Virus genome (UHGV): UHGV-1373641
Source of the DNA: a virus
Strand: one strand, 5' to 3'
Length of the DNA: 64,000 bases
Each line of letters opens with the position of its first letter. Position 1 is the stretch's first letter. The position numbers were made by a program, and so were the translations under genes. The notes below the pieces were generated by a model, which was not told the DNA's origin, made no database searches, and saw only the letters and a program-made list of their open reading frames with translations. Positions 16,967 through 28,100 of this stretch are shown piece after piece.

Positions 16967-17478
16967 CGTTTATTACCTCTATTGTTGCCTTGTTCCATTT
17001 TAACTGGAGGATTCTTTGCATCTTCCTTAATCACGTCATCTACGAATTTCTGAGTGTCCTGAGTTTCCTCATTGACGGACTTAGTTGAAGCGATATTCGA
17101 TGAAATGACTTGAATCTTATCGGTAAGACCAGCAATCATCTCAGCCAGTTTAGCATTCTGCGCACGGGATTCCTGCAATTCCTTCAAAGCGTTATTAAGA
17201 ACTTCTTCTTGCGTAGGTTCAGGCTTTATAATCCCGTTTTCTACGAGCATCTTATAATAAGACTCTGCCTTATCAATCGCTTGTATAAGCTGCGCTTTAA
17301 GTTTTTCGTGAATCTCCGTGGCTACCCCGATAGGTTGGTTCCCGGCGTTGACATCCCATGTGTAAATAACACCATCAGAACTTACCATCGCGTAGCTATA
17401 TGTGTTCATAGGCATAGAAGAACGCTGCGTAGGAGAAGAATATGTGGATTGATTAAATCCTGTAGTTGCGTTAGACAT
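16963..17478 (-). CDS. Hypothetical coiled-coil protein
   Basis: ORF in the late operon. Confidence 0.45.
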   Translation of the reverse strand: MSNATTGFNQSTYSSPTQRSSMPMNTYSYAMVSSDGVIYTWDVNAGNQPIGVATEIHEKLKAQLIQAIDKAESYYKMLVENGIIKPEPTQEEVLNNALKELQESRAQNAKLAEMIAGLTDKIQVISSNIASTKSVNEETQDTQKFVDDVIKEDAKNPPVKMEQGNNRGNKR

Positions 17479-17577
17479 AATAAAGCCCCCAAGTGATGAT
17501 TAACATCATGGGGGCAATATAGCGCAGAGTTTTAAATATTGAAATGCGTCCACGACCGTCGACGGAGTTATTTAAGA

Positions 17578-18858
17578 TTATCCGAATATACGGTATGTTC
17601 CGATTTTTATATTACCATAGATCTGTATTTTAATTTCAGTAACTTTATTTTCAGTGAGTGAGGGGGGCGTATTGTTTTCCCATTGAATAGGTTCGGAAAT
17701 CGTTAATGCAGCAGAGGTATTCGCGGCTTTAAGTATAGCGTGAAACTCATAGAATTTATCAGATTGTAGTCCTGCTGGAAGTGTTACGGTAAAAGCGCGG
17801 TCCACTGTAACGATATGGGTTACGGAAGGAATTAATTCGACAGAAACGTTTCCTGCGCCAGAAGACAAACTTTGGATATTTCTTTCCAACGCGAAATCTA
17901 TATTTTTGGTTCCATTAACAATAGCTTCCGCTTTATATACTCCGGAAATATAGAATGTCCTAGGAGTTTTCCATTGGGTAGCCGTTGCAGCATTGCCGGA
18001 CACATTTGTTTGAGCTGGATGAACATGGTCGCCTCTAGCGAATGCGTTTTCCGAACCTATATTGGCTACGCCAAGAGCTTTTGGAGTAGTTGTCGTAATT
18101 TTTGCATGACCATATTGAGTAGTGGATGATACACCAAATCCAGTTCCAACATACGCATGATTTATGGGCTTAAAAGCATTAGGTATTCCAGAAAGAAGGC
18201 TCCAATCGGATTTTGACTGATACGCATAAAACGCTGCCATTGTACCAAGTGCGCCGTCATCGACCACAGCGTACATAAGAGGCTTCGGCTCTTTGACAAT
18301 TACAGAGTCACCATTTTGTACATCTTTGATTGTCAAGGAAAGCATTGCAGCTTCATTGGTAACTATGGTGAATCTTTCTTTGACCGATTCCGGAATTTGA
18401 GAAGGATCAAGCTCAGGGCTACTTCCAGAACCGAAAGACCATTCAGGGTCGCCGGAAACATAGAATGTAATCGCAGCGCTATTTGCAGAGCCTACGGAAC
18501 CGGAAACAGGTACAGAGGTTGGGTGCCCCATGAAGGCTACGCTAGTCCCTGTCTCAGTAAAATCGATGCGATAAGGAATGTTGACCGCAGACTTGCTATC
18601 AGCAATCAAAAGATTCTGGTGAATCGTGTTTAAATCATCAAAATACAAGGTTATGGATGAGCTTCCGCTCTCTCGGATTCCGGGAGCGTATACAGTGGCT
18701 TCATCTTTAATCGTCGTCATATCAATCGATTGGATGGTGGGTGTTGGGGCCGCCCAATCCGAAATGCCATTAATTATCTGCCATGATGTCGTTGCAAGGT
18801 CTACTCCTGTTCCCCGGAAAAAACGAAGACCTTTGCTTGTGCGAGGTTCGTATGCCAT
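17578..18858 (-). CDS. Fiber-like protein whose N-terminal ~145 aa is paralogous to the major tail protein at 37392..38195
   Basis: PRTSKGLRFFRGTG / ARTSKGLKFFRGTG, HQNLL in both, and FMGHPTSVPVSGSVGSANSAAITFYVSGDPEWSFG / FMGQLTGMPLSGGVGAANTTTYTFDVSGKIEWVFG. The C-terminus has the fiber-like LGVANIGSENAFARGDHVHP. SD aaggagg. Confidence 0.6.
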   Translation of the reverse strand: MAYEPRTSKGLRFFRGTGVDLATTSWQIINGISDWAAPTPTIQSIDMTTIKDEATVYAPGIRESGSSSITLYFDDLNTIHQNLLIADSKSAVNIPYRIDFTETGTSVAFMGHPTSVPVSGSVGSANSAAITFYVSGDPEWSFGSGSSPELDPSQIPESVKERFTIVTNEAAMLSLTIKDVQNGDSVIVKEPKPLMYAVVDDGALGTMAAFYAYQSKSDWSLLSGIPNAFKPINHAYVGTGFGVSSTTQYGHAKITTTTPKALGVANIGSENAFARGDHVHPAQTNVSGNAATATQWKTPRTFYISGVYKAEAIVNGTKNIDFALERNIQSLSSGAGNVSVELIPSVTHIVTVDRAFTVTLPAGLQSDKFYEFHAILKAANTSAALTISEPIQWENNTPPSLTENKVTEIKIQIYGNIKIGTYRIFG

Positions 18859-19100
18859 TATTTAGCCTCCTTCTTGCTTAATTTCCTTACTAGCCAAGCT
18901 GGAGGCGTTTGAGTTTTGACTTGATAAAACTCAGGTTTTACCTTTCTCAGAAAAGTCGCTCCGCATACGGCACAAGTATAGGTCGATCTCTCTTCCATTC
19001 CTAATCGATGTAAATGAGTATCTTCAAAAGCTACTACGGTTGTTTGATAAAAAGCCCTTTCTTTGCAAACGGGACAAATATTAGCGTCGGATGTAGCCAT
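18858..19100 (-). CDS. Zn-ribbon protein
   Basis: CPVCK...CAVCG. Confidence 0.4.
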   Translation of the reverse strand: MATSDANICPVCKERAFYQTTVVAFEDTHLHRLGMEERSTYTCAVCGATFLRKVKPEFYQVKTQTPPAWLVRKLSKKEAK

Positions 19101-19118
19101 TGTTTACCATTGCCACTT

Positions 19119-19478
19119 TTATTCTGAAATTTCATGATTTGAATCTGATTTAATATTCGCTTTAGAAAGAGACTGAATATCTCCCTTGCCGATAGCCCTA
19201 ACCAGATCTCTATGTCTACGATTAATTGATTCGATAGCTCTGTTTTTCTCAGAGATTTGAGCTTCCATATCATTGATTCTTGATGAAAAATAATAGGAAG
19301 CTCCCCCGGTAAGAAGGAACATGACGATAAGAAGCAACGTCAGCATCCTCCAAAAGAGCGTAGATACATGATCTGAAACTTCCCTCGGGATATCTTTAGC
19401 AAATGCAAGAATAGCACTAGAAATTCCGTCCGTTTTCTCCCCACCGCCTACCGTAACTGTTTGATGCGTGTCGCTCAT
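19119..19478 (-). CDS. Single-TM membrane protein (holin-like candidate)
   Basis: TM LTLLLIVMFLLTGGASYYF with charged, coiled flanks. Confidence 0.35.
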   Translation of the reverse strand: MSDTHQTVTVGGGEKTDGISSAILAFAKDIPREVSDHVSTLFWRMLTLLLIVMFLLTGGASYYFSSRINDMEAQISEKNRAIESINRRHRDLVRAIGKGDIQSLSKANIKSDSNHEISE

Positions 19479-19696
19479 ATTCGTATATTGTCCTTTTTAA
19501 TTGTTATCAAGAAATTCTTTGATTCCGTTATAAATAAGTTCATATTCATCGGTATCCGGGATAATAAATTCCGCAGTCTGATCTCCGATACCAAGAGTTA
19601 TGGTAAAAGATTGGTCTTCGTTCTTCTTAATTCCACGGATAGAAAAAATATTATTTTGAAAAGAGAGGTCTTCCATTAAAACTTTACCTTATATAT

Positions 19697-19933
19697 TTAA
19701 TTTTTACGCAATTCGGGAGGAAGCTGTCTTCCTTTCCTTTCATTTTCATAGCTACTTTTACAATGGTCTTTTTGCCAGAAGAATAAAGAGTTTACTGTCC
19801 TTTGAGGCCATATATAGACACCATCTTTTGCCCATCTATAACACCTAGATGATAATGTTTCGTCGGGCCAGCCGCCGAGGAGCGTATTGATTAATTGATC
19901 TATAGAAATAAGAACTTTTCTTAAATACTGCAC
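19697..19933 (-). CDS. Hypothetical protein
   Basis: ORF. Confidence 0.35.
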   Translation of the reverse strand: MQYLRKVLISIDQLINTLLGGWPDETLSSRCYRWAKDGVYIWPQRTVNSLFFWQKDHCKSSYENERKGRQLPPELRKN

Positions 19934-19945
19934 GTTAAAATCCTT

Positions 19946-20482
19946 TTAAGCAGTAATAATATCTACGGTTATCGCCTTTACTTCGTCAATAGTAGTACAA
20001 ATTTTAAGTTTGTCTTCTAGAGCTTGTCGTTGCCCAATAATACGTGCCGATAAAATCGAAAACTTATCTGCTTTAAGAATAACCTTATTTACAAGATCCG
20101 GCAATGCGATTCCTCGTGTTTTAGCAAGAATAGAAAGAAAAGGCGTAGGAGATTCTGGGTTTTTAAGATATGCGCGTGCCTCTAGTTCTTGTTTTCCAAA
20201 AGAATCGATCTCTTTTTCAGGGTACGTAGATACAATTTTTGAAATAGCTGAATCCGCAGCCGTATTAATCTCTTCAAGTTTTAATGCTTTTACATCTTCA
20301 AAAGTTGGTTCTGGGGGAATATGAGGATACTCTTCTGTTACACATTCGGGATGATTCGTAATATAAGTATTAATTTCATCCCACAATTTAGCGTGTTCTT
20401 TAATATATGGATGAACTTGATAAGGCATCCCATATTTTTGGATAACAAACGAATCATCTGAGGTACGCAGGATAACTTTCAT
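19946..20482 (-). CDS. Tail fiber assembly/chaperone-like protein
   Basis: Immediately downstream of the tail fiber. The C-terminal EEINTAADSAISKI...EARAYL resembles tail-fiber-assembly (DUF4376-like) proteins. Confidence 0.4.
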   Translation of the reverse strand: MKVILRTSDDSFVIQKYGMPYQVHPYIKEHAKLWDEINTYITNHPECVTEEYPHIPPEPTFEDVKALKLEEINTAADSAISKIVSTYPEKEIDSFGKQELEARAYLKNPESPTPFLSILAKTRGIALPDLVNKVILKADKFSILSARIIGQRQALEDKLKICTTIDEVKAITVDIITA

Positions 20483-20491
20483 TTTTTTACC

Positions 20492-22090
20492 TTACTGACT
20501 AATTTTAAAAGCACAAATAGATACACCCGAAGTTTTGCCTCCGATACCGGATGCGTTTCCAATCCATGATCCGCCAGCGGCGACACCACAATAGCAGAAA
20601 TTATTTCGATCCGGAAAATTTGCGTACTTTAACCACAACCAAGTCCCTCCCGCAGGTAGATTTGCTTGACCATGCGATTGCCAAGTTGCATAAATAGTTG
20701 GAGTGGCCTGTCCAGCATTATTTGCCCAATTACAAGAATTAGCATAATTTACAGAGAAGTTTGAAGGATTCCAAACTTTAATATTTACACCGTCATTACT
20801 TCCCCACAACCATTGTGGCTGACCACCCTGACCATCCCAAGCAAAATTCATATCCGCGCCACCAGTATTACGTAGATACTGTGAAGTTCTAGCAACATCG
20901 GCGGTTACAGCGAGACAATCAACGGTAGCTCTTTCTCCATATTGTTTCTTAAATGAAAAAGTACCATCACTTTGTAAGTGAAGAGTTCCAGCAGCTTTAC
21001 CACTCCAATGAAAACCAATCGAAGGCGCATATCCTATGTCTGATTGTGTATTACCAACACCGTCATTTTCTCTAATTTCTATCGCCGCAGTACTATATCT
21101 CGCATTAACTGAGCTATTATAAGTCCCCCGCAATCCGCCAATCCTTCCGGTCATAGTCCCGCCAGTCAAAGGCAATTTCGTATCCGCGTAAGATTTGAGA
21201 TTCATCAATGCTTTTGCTGATGCGGCGACAACAGATGAGTTTGTGGTGTAATTATCTGTTAAACCTTCGGGGACACGATACCACGGGGTCCAAGTACTTC
21301 CGGTATTTTGAGTTAGTCTCCAAAATCGACCTGTATTATTGTAATTAATATAGTCTTGATGAGAATACGTGGCATAAGCACGGACATCCAATGACCCGCC
21401 TACATTATTCTTTGGGAAATTTACTAATGCATCGCCATTATTAAACCAATATCTACCATTTCCCGTAAATAAATTCGCATCTGTACCGATACCTCGGCCC
21501 ATTGCAAGTCCACCTATTTGACCCCTCCCTTTTGCGGTAGTGACATTAGCGTCTACTACTACACTCGGAGTTTGAACATCATTCGCGCTACCATCTGTAC
21601 GACCTGTACCGCCCCGTGCGAAAGGAAGAACTCCAGCCGTAAGATTACCTACGTCATTCGTACCGAGATTGGCGCGAGCCTGTGCAGCGGTAGAAGCTCC
21701 TGTCCCCCCTTTCGCAATAGGATTGACCGTAGTAAGTTCGTCAGCCTGTGTAGCATTGGGAGCCCGTCCGGAAATATTTCCGGGAATGACACCCTTAGAA
21801 TCACGGACTACTATGGAATTGGCAATAATCCCTGCATTAGCATGAAACCCGTCGAGCCTATCAACATTGAAAGCGTACTTGCCAGTACCGTTATCCAGAG
21901 CATTCCAAACCGTTCCGCTTTTCATTTGGAAATTCATTGCAGATTGATTGAAGATGATAGTACCTTCCGGAGCATTGTCAGCAAGATCCCCTCGCATCCT
22001 CGCAATAAGTTTTGCAAGTTCTCGAATGGAATCAATATCCGATGCTATTTTATTGGATATTGCTGGTGCTGAAAAATTAGGATTTGCCAT
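20492..22090 (-). CDS. Tail fiber protein
   Basis: Contains the canonical fiber repeat NPIAKGGTGASTAAQARANLG, then GGTGRTDGSAN. The C-terminal domain is Gly/Asn/Thr-rich. Confidence 0.75.
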   Translation of the reverse strand: MANPNFSAPAISNKIASDIDSIRELAKLIARMRGDLADNAPEGTIIFNQSAMNFQMKSGTVWNALDNGTGKYAFNVDRLDGFHANAGIIANSIVVRDSKGVIPGNISGRAPNATQADELTTVNPIAKGGTGASTAAQARANLGTNDVGNLTAGVLPFARGGTGRTDGSANDVQTPSVVVDANVTTAKGRGQIGGLAMGRGIGTDANLFTGNGRYWFNNGDALVNFPKNNVGGSLDVRAYATYSHQDYINYNNTGRFWRLTQNTGSTWTPWYRVPEGLTDNYTTNSSVVAASAKALMNLKSYADTKLPLTGGTMTGRIGGLRGTYNSSVNARYSTAAIEIRENDGVGNTQSDIGYAPSIGFHWSGKAAGTLHLQSDGTFSFKKQYGERATVDCLAVTADVARTSQYLRNTGGADMNFAWDGQGGQPQWLWGSNDGVNIKVWNPSNFSVNYANSCNWANNAGQATPTIYATWQSHGQANLPAGGTWLWLKYANFPDRNNFCYCGVAAGGSWIGNASGIGGKTSGVSICAFKISQ

Positions 22091-22152
22091 GTAAGGATTA
22101 CCTTCTAAAGATTAGGCTTCTTAGATTAGACTTCTATAGATTCAATTTTTAT

Positions 22153-22419
22153 TTAGGCCGAGGGTTTGTCCGATGAAACTACTTCTGCGATTTTATCGTC
22201 TTCTTCTTTATCCGGGGCAATAATCACGGAAAAAAGGCTTTTCAATTTTTCGGAAGCTTCCTCAAGGTCTTTTTGCTTCTTTTCAAGAGACTTGTCTACA
22301 AAATACAGCGTGCTTCTAAGCTGCGTAAGCATAGCATAATCGTCATTTACCTTATGCTGATTCTCATCAATAAATTTAACAATTTCATTAATTTTTTCGA
22401 GATTCATATTTCTCTCCAT
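22153..22419 (-). CDS. Small coiled-coil protein
   Basis: ORF. Confidence 0.4.
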   Translation of the reverse strand: MERNMNLEKINEIVKFIDENQHKVNDDYAMLTQLRSTLYFVDKSLEKKQKDLEEASEKLKSLFSVIIAPDKEEDDKIAEVVSSDKPSA

Positions 22420-22478
22420 TAAGATTTTATTTTATTCGTCTATCAGATATCGAAAAAAATGTCAATAGTATTTTTCTA

Positions 22479-22808
22479 TCATGCAAACAAAGCAATAGCC
22501 AATCTATCTATTTTTACGTTACTATAGTAAATTTGAACTTGATCTCCAGCGGTAACATGGATATTTGCATATACGGCATTTCCTGAGCCTCCCCCAGAAT
22601 ATCCGCTTGAACCTTCTCCCGTTCTTTTATTAATTAGCCACATCGAACCAACAACGTCTGTTGACGTTCCGTATCCCAGTAAAATACCAGTATAGTTTAC
22701 GGTAAAGATGCCAGCGGTTGCAGGGATTGGAGTTATTAATTTAAGTTCATCAGAAAGTTTTGTTCCATGTGCAGCGTTAAGTTCCGCCCAAATTTGAGTA
22801 TTATTCAT
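22479..22808 (-). CDS. Small tail-associated hypothetical protein
   Basis: ORF in the fiber cluster. Confidence 0.4.
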   Translation of the reverse strand: MNNTQIWAELNAAHGTKLSDELKLITPIPATAGIFTVNYTGILLGYGTSTDVVGSMWLINKRTGEGSSGYSGGGSGNAVYANIHVTAGDQVQIYYSNVKIDRLAIALFA

Positions 22809-22809
22809 T

Positions 22810-23148
22810 TTAAAACCACACTCTAATTGGAGTCTTGGGCTCAGGAATAAGGAATTTCGAGTTAACGAATTTGTCTGGAATTACTGAACTCGAAATTCGG
22901 ATATTGACCAATTCAAAATCATAATAAGTAGCCGGAGTAACGATAGTAGCGTTTTCTGGGTCATCGTTTGAATATACTGGAGGAGTTTTTTCAGCTTTTC
23001 CAATATAATCAACATAAACACCTTCCGGAGGATCATTAAGGGAGATTCCCAATGATTCTTCAAGGGCGGCTACATTAGGAGCGGCGAAATAGAAATCTGT
23101 ATACGCATTGATAAGCTCCGAAGGCATTGGTGCTATAGCAGTATTCAT
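22810..23148 (-). CDS. Small tail-associated hypothetical protein
   Basis: ORF in the fiber cluster. Confidence 0.4.
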   Translation of the reverse strand: MNTAIAPMPSELINAYTDFYFAAPNVAALEESLGISLNDPPEGVYVDYIGKAEKTPPVYSNDDPENATIVTPATYYDFELVNIRISSSVIPDKFVNSKFLIPEPKTPIRVWF

Positions 23149-23163
23149 AATGAGATTTTTCCT

Positions 23164-25146
23164 TTATCTAATTAAATCTGAAAGTTGACTATCTGTTAAA
23201 TGCGCAGGGAAAACGACGCACTGTTTCGTGGTACCCATAGAAAATTCGATTGTTCTAGTATTTTTTACGGAGTTATATGCCCGTTTTCCATCACCCTCAT
23301 TAAAGAAGAACGCTTGACGTACAGGATTAAATAAAAATGGAGAGTCCTTTGTCGGATATACGTTAGTATAGATATCAGTAGCACGAGTAGTTGCGCTATT
23401 GTTAATGAGTGGGATATAGGATGAATATCCAGCCCCTATTTCATGCTGAATATTCCCAACTAAAATGGAGGAAAAAGAGTCTCCATCTATTCGAGTATTT
23501 CCAGTTGAATCCGCAAAATATATAGCGGAATAAAAACCATACGATGATTCTACCACAGAGTATTCTTCTAATATTCTTGCTCCAATAGAAATTTGTGTCC
23601 ATCCATTCCGCATTTTTTCTATAGTAGTCCTCCATCTTACATTTGAGGATGCTGGTTTAATAACTTCTATGAGGGAACTTGTTTCTAGATTATATGAAGC
23701 GGCGTGATACCCTGTCGTTCCCGTAATGTCGGAGCCCATTTTTATTTGAATATAATTATGATTTATGGGCTTTACTACTAACGAAAATGTTATATCCTCG
23801 TTTAGATGGTTTGGGATATCGGAAGCGGCATACAATCTGTGCATCAGATAATGGTACGAATTCAAACTTGCATCAAGTTTTAAGATGTATGCTGGACCTA
23901 TAAATTTATCTTGAGTTTCTTCTTTTGTTATTTTAACGGCGGTGAGTGTTTTCGCATAATTCGTTCTTTGTTTTTCAGTGAGCGTAGAAATGAATTTACC
24001 TGTTTTATTATCATATAAAGGCCGTTCAACGTCATTTCCGACAGTTCTCATATATCCTTTCGCATCAAAATACGTAGCTTGTGATGCTCTAGTAAACGTA
24101 ATCCCGTTATTTATAGAAAACTTGTCTTCGGCTCTTGTAACTTGGGCGGTTCCTTCCGTAGGAATCGGGGATGTTGGTTTAGTATCAAAATCTTCGGCTT
24201 CTTCCATTTGGGGACAAGCGTACCAGAAAGCGGATGTTTTATCTCCATCTAATGTAACATTAAAAGTTCCATTCGCTGTTTTTTCCGCAAAGGATAATTT
24301 AATACCTGTTCTCGCCGTAGCTCCAGTAACACCTTTGATCTTAAACCAGATTCGATACCATTTATCCCCCAGATTTTCTAATCTAAAATTATCATCGGTC
24401 GCATTAGCTGATTTTAGTTCTATCATACCAGTTTTTGCGTTCACAACAACCCTGCGACCACTACCCTCAATTGCAATATAGTTAGGTGTATCAATGCTAA
24501 TGTACGGAAAAGGGCTATTTGGATCGGGTCTAAATAAAATAGAAACAAAATAATTCTTATCATCGCTAGGAATTTCACCAAGAGCAAATATTCCTTGGAC
24601 ACTATTTTGAACGGAACCACATCGAAATTTAGTTACACCTGATTCGACTTTAAACTTATATGACGCACTTGTTTCCGGAGCATGAATGACATTTGAATCC
24701 ATACCCGAGACACTAATTTGGGAAATGAGGTTCGTCCGCTGTGGCTCACGAAGCCACCCAAGGCATTCACCCGTAATGGGATTATGCTCAATGCGAGGAA
24801 CGTTTGCTTCATGCGTCCGTAGAACTCCATCAGGCCCCCAACACGTAGCTGATGAATTACGAGTAAACGTGATTTGCGGAGGAATCTTTCCCCAAGAATA
24901 TTCATATTCATCAGCGAAAAGATTGAGGGAAGGATTCCGGGGAAGGACGTTAAATAAAGACAGGCTGTCTTGAATTGATCGCCCTTCCCCGGTTGACGAA
25001 CTCCCGATAAGCACCCATTCAGTACCATTCCAATATTCAAAATTGCGTTTTGAGTAATTCCATCTTACGCAATCCGTACTCAGATTTGATCTGAATGATG
25101 ATTTCATGCCGACAATAACGTCAACTTTAGAAGGTGCTTCTGCCAT
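23164..25146 (-). CDS. Large tail or receptor-binding protein
   Basis: Its position is just downstream of the J-like protein. Beta-rich composition. Confidence 0.45.
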   Translation of the reverse strand: MAEAPSKVDVIVGMKSSFRSNLSTDCVRWNYSKRNFEYWNGTEWVLIGSSSTGEGRSIQDSLSLFNVLPRNPSLNLFADEYEYSWGKIPPQITFTRNSSATCWGPDGVLRTHEANVPRIEHNPITGECLGWLREPQRTNLISQISVSGMDSNVIHAPETSASYKFKVESGVTKFRCGSVQNSVQGIFALGEIPSDDKNYFVSILFRPDPNSPFPYISIDTPNYIAIEGSGRRVVVNAKTGMIELKSANATDDNFRLENLGDKWYRIWFKIKGVTGATARTGIKLSFAEKTANGTFNVTLDGDKTSAFWYACPQMEEAEDFDTKPTSPIPTEGTAQVTRAEDKFSINNGITFTRASQATYFDAKGYMRTVGNDVERPLYDNKTGKFISTLTEKQRTNYAKTLTAVKITKEETQDKFIGPAYILKLDASLNSYHYLMHRLYAASDIPNHLNEDITFSLVVKPINHNYIQIKMGSDITGTTGYHAASYNLETSSLIEVIKPASSNVRWRTTIEKMRNGWTQISIGARILEEYSVVESSYGFYSAIYFADSTGNTRIDGDSFSSILVGNIQHEIGAGYSSYIPLINNSATTRATDIYTNVYPTKDSPFLFNPVRQAFFFNEGDGKRAYNSVKNTRTIEFSMGTTKQCVVFPAHLTDSQLSDLIR

Positions 25147-25167
25147 TTCGGGGGATCTCCATTTTTT

Positions 25168-28100
25168 TTATATTCCTACTGCTTTCCATACTACATTTCC
25201 GGTAGTACGGACACCTTTATTATTGAAAAGAGACACTCTGAAAAACTTGGGAGAAGGTATGTCTTGGAATGAAACCAAAGCTACCAATCCCGCATCTTCA
25301 CTTTCAGGTGCAGCCGTAACTTCCCATATGTCAAGGAATGGCATTGAGAAATTCACCAAGTTTCCAGTATCATCTTTATTTTCGGGCCATTCGGGGCCGT
25401 TCGTATTTGCCTCAGCTAGTGCGACGCCAGAGTCATTTCGAATCTTAACATCGAATTTAAGGTTTAATTCGGATACTCGGATAAGTCCTTTGGAACCCGG
25501 AAGCATACTAAGCGTAAATCGGATATACCGGAATCTTTGCAAAAAGACCTGCGTAGCATTTTCGGTAGCCAATTCCCACGGATCACTCTTATCTATTTTA
25601 TATTCAATCTTTATCGAATATAAGGGTGTTCCGGAAAGAACTTGAATAGTGGGGGTAACAACAAGCCTGATGGACTGCATGATTTGTCCATAATCAAATT
25701 CTTCTTGATACCATCCCTCTGAACCTGCTGGTTCCATCCAAGTGGGTCCGGCAATGTCCACCTTGTTTTTCCATGTGGATGCCGCAGTAGTTCCACCAAA
25801 TCGTGCGATATTTTGTGCCCACGTTTCATTCTCGTTTACGATAGGGCCAATCATCCCACCAACGCCGTCAAGAATAAAATTATGACGTGTTCCAGAGAAA
25901 ACAGAATCCCAATCGTAGAAAAGAACATAATCAGGAGGTTGAGAAATAACACAGGTGATAGGTGATGCTGCGCCTTTATTTCCGGCTACGTCTACCGGAA
26001 CAACCCAATATGTATAATTCCCGGATACAGCTTCAAAGATATTGACGATTAAAGCGTTGACATTGAAAATAAGTTCCGCGTATTCCAATTCGTCTCCACG
26101 AAGTACTTCATAATGATGAATTGGGAAGAATACCGTGGAAGGTTCAGTCCAAACAAGAAGCGCGTTATTGTCGATGACGGTAGGAGTTATATAAACTCTG
26201 CCGGGAGCTTCGACTCGGAAACTCGTTTGACCCCATGCTCCAGCATTTCCTCCAGTATCCCAACTACGAACCCTGAAAATGTGGTTTCCGGTTTTTTCAG
26301 GAGGTACGACTATCTGTGTCGCATTAATCCTTCCGAAAGATTCTCCTGTTGTACTATTTTCTATCTCGTATTCAGTTATTGGTAAATTGATTGTTGAAGG
26401 CGCTACCCAAGAAATAAGGATTTTATCTTCTTGAATTGTCGCTTTTACAGTTGGTGCTGCGGCGGCTTTAATCTCGATAGAAACTTCACCCCAATCTCCA
26501 TAGTTACCGACGATATCTCGTGCTCGGATTTTCCATTCATGAAACCCGACAGCTCCCGCAGGAACTCGGAAATAGTTGACTTTCGCTCTACCTACCGGAG
26601 TGAAATCCCCTTCAACGATTTCGAATTCATCTATGGGGAATGCGGACGGAGTAATAGGCCATTCTAACAGAATATCAGCGCCATCAATTCTTGCTGTCGG
26701 CTGGACCCTCCCGAGAAGATCCACTTCAATAAATGTAGGAACAGCATTAGATTCATTTCCAAAAATATCTATCGCTTTCACTGTAAATTTATACCTACCT
26801 ACAGGTCTTGGCGACACATATATTGAAGTCACATTAGAAAATTCCGTTCTTGACATATATTCATCATGAACTTCATAATTCTTGATAGGCCAAGAAGTTG
26901 TACAATCTGTCCAACTCAATTTAAGGCCATCAATAGTGACTTCCGTTTTAATGACAGGGTTTTTAGGTTTTTGAATAGTAACAGAAACGGGGGCAGGATT
27001 CAAGGAAAAATTTCCAAGCGTATCTACTGCGCTAACTGTCATATTCAATGTGCCGAATTTATTTGGGACGGGAAGTATGATACTCGTGTCAATCGTTTTC
27101 CCTGTAATGTCCCCTTGAACAGCATAGTAATCTATATCAAGAGTGGCTACGGGATTCCAACTGATTTTTACCCCGGACGGAGGAAGAAGCTCAGCGGTAA
27201 CGCCGTCCACATCAGGAGGCGGCGCGGTTTTTCCAATAACGAAATATCCGGTTTGAGTTATCCAATCACTGCTAATTCCCCGTACAGGATCGGTAACTTG
27301 GATAGACAAGTCATATAGCTCACCAGACTCCATATTCGAAATGACGACATATCCTTCGGATACGGAAGTTCGAACGGTATTGCCCCAAGCTGCTTCTTGC
27401 GTTTTCTTTGCACGGGCGTAAACCACACAATCTAACGAGGTTCCATCTCCAACCTTAAACCAGATACCAACCTGAGGAATGATATTCTGCCCAATCTTAA
27501 CGAGCATGGACTCATCGGAAATTATCTGTGTAATAGTAGGATTAGGAATAGTATAAGTAGGTAGCTTGTCAATAATAATAGGAGGATTCCAAGGAGGAAT
27601 TTCTCCTTTATCCGCGTCGAGGACTTCGGGAGAATACGGAATCGCCTTAATTTCAGCCGAGGAATTTTCGGCGGGCGCAATCTGAGTTACAAGGTATTTA
27701 TCATTCGCTTCACCCATTAATGATACGCTAGCTAAATCTCCAATATAGGGAGTAGTAGCATATGTTATTGCAAAAGTAAAATAAATATGGGAATGTTCCT
27801 CTCCAAATTGTGGTTGAATTTGATAAGTAACAGTTTTTCCATATGGATTTCTGATTGCAATACCGTAAATAACATCACGTTCGCTAAAGACAATGGAATC
27901 ATCAAGAACGACACCTACGGCGGGAGTATCAATGGGCCTTTCGGAATTTTCGTAAATAATATATTCCGTCCCTTCCGTATCCTGATAAATCAACCCTACA
28001 ACACGAGCCGCCCCGAAAGTGTTCATGAGAACGTCATGGAAAATTTCAATAACGTCTCCGCGATGACACATTCTGTGCTCCCAGTCAGCATTAATTGTAA

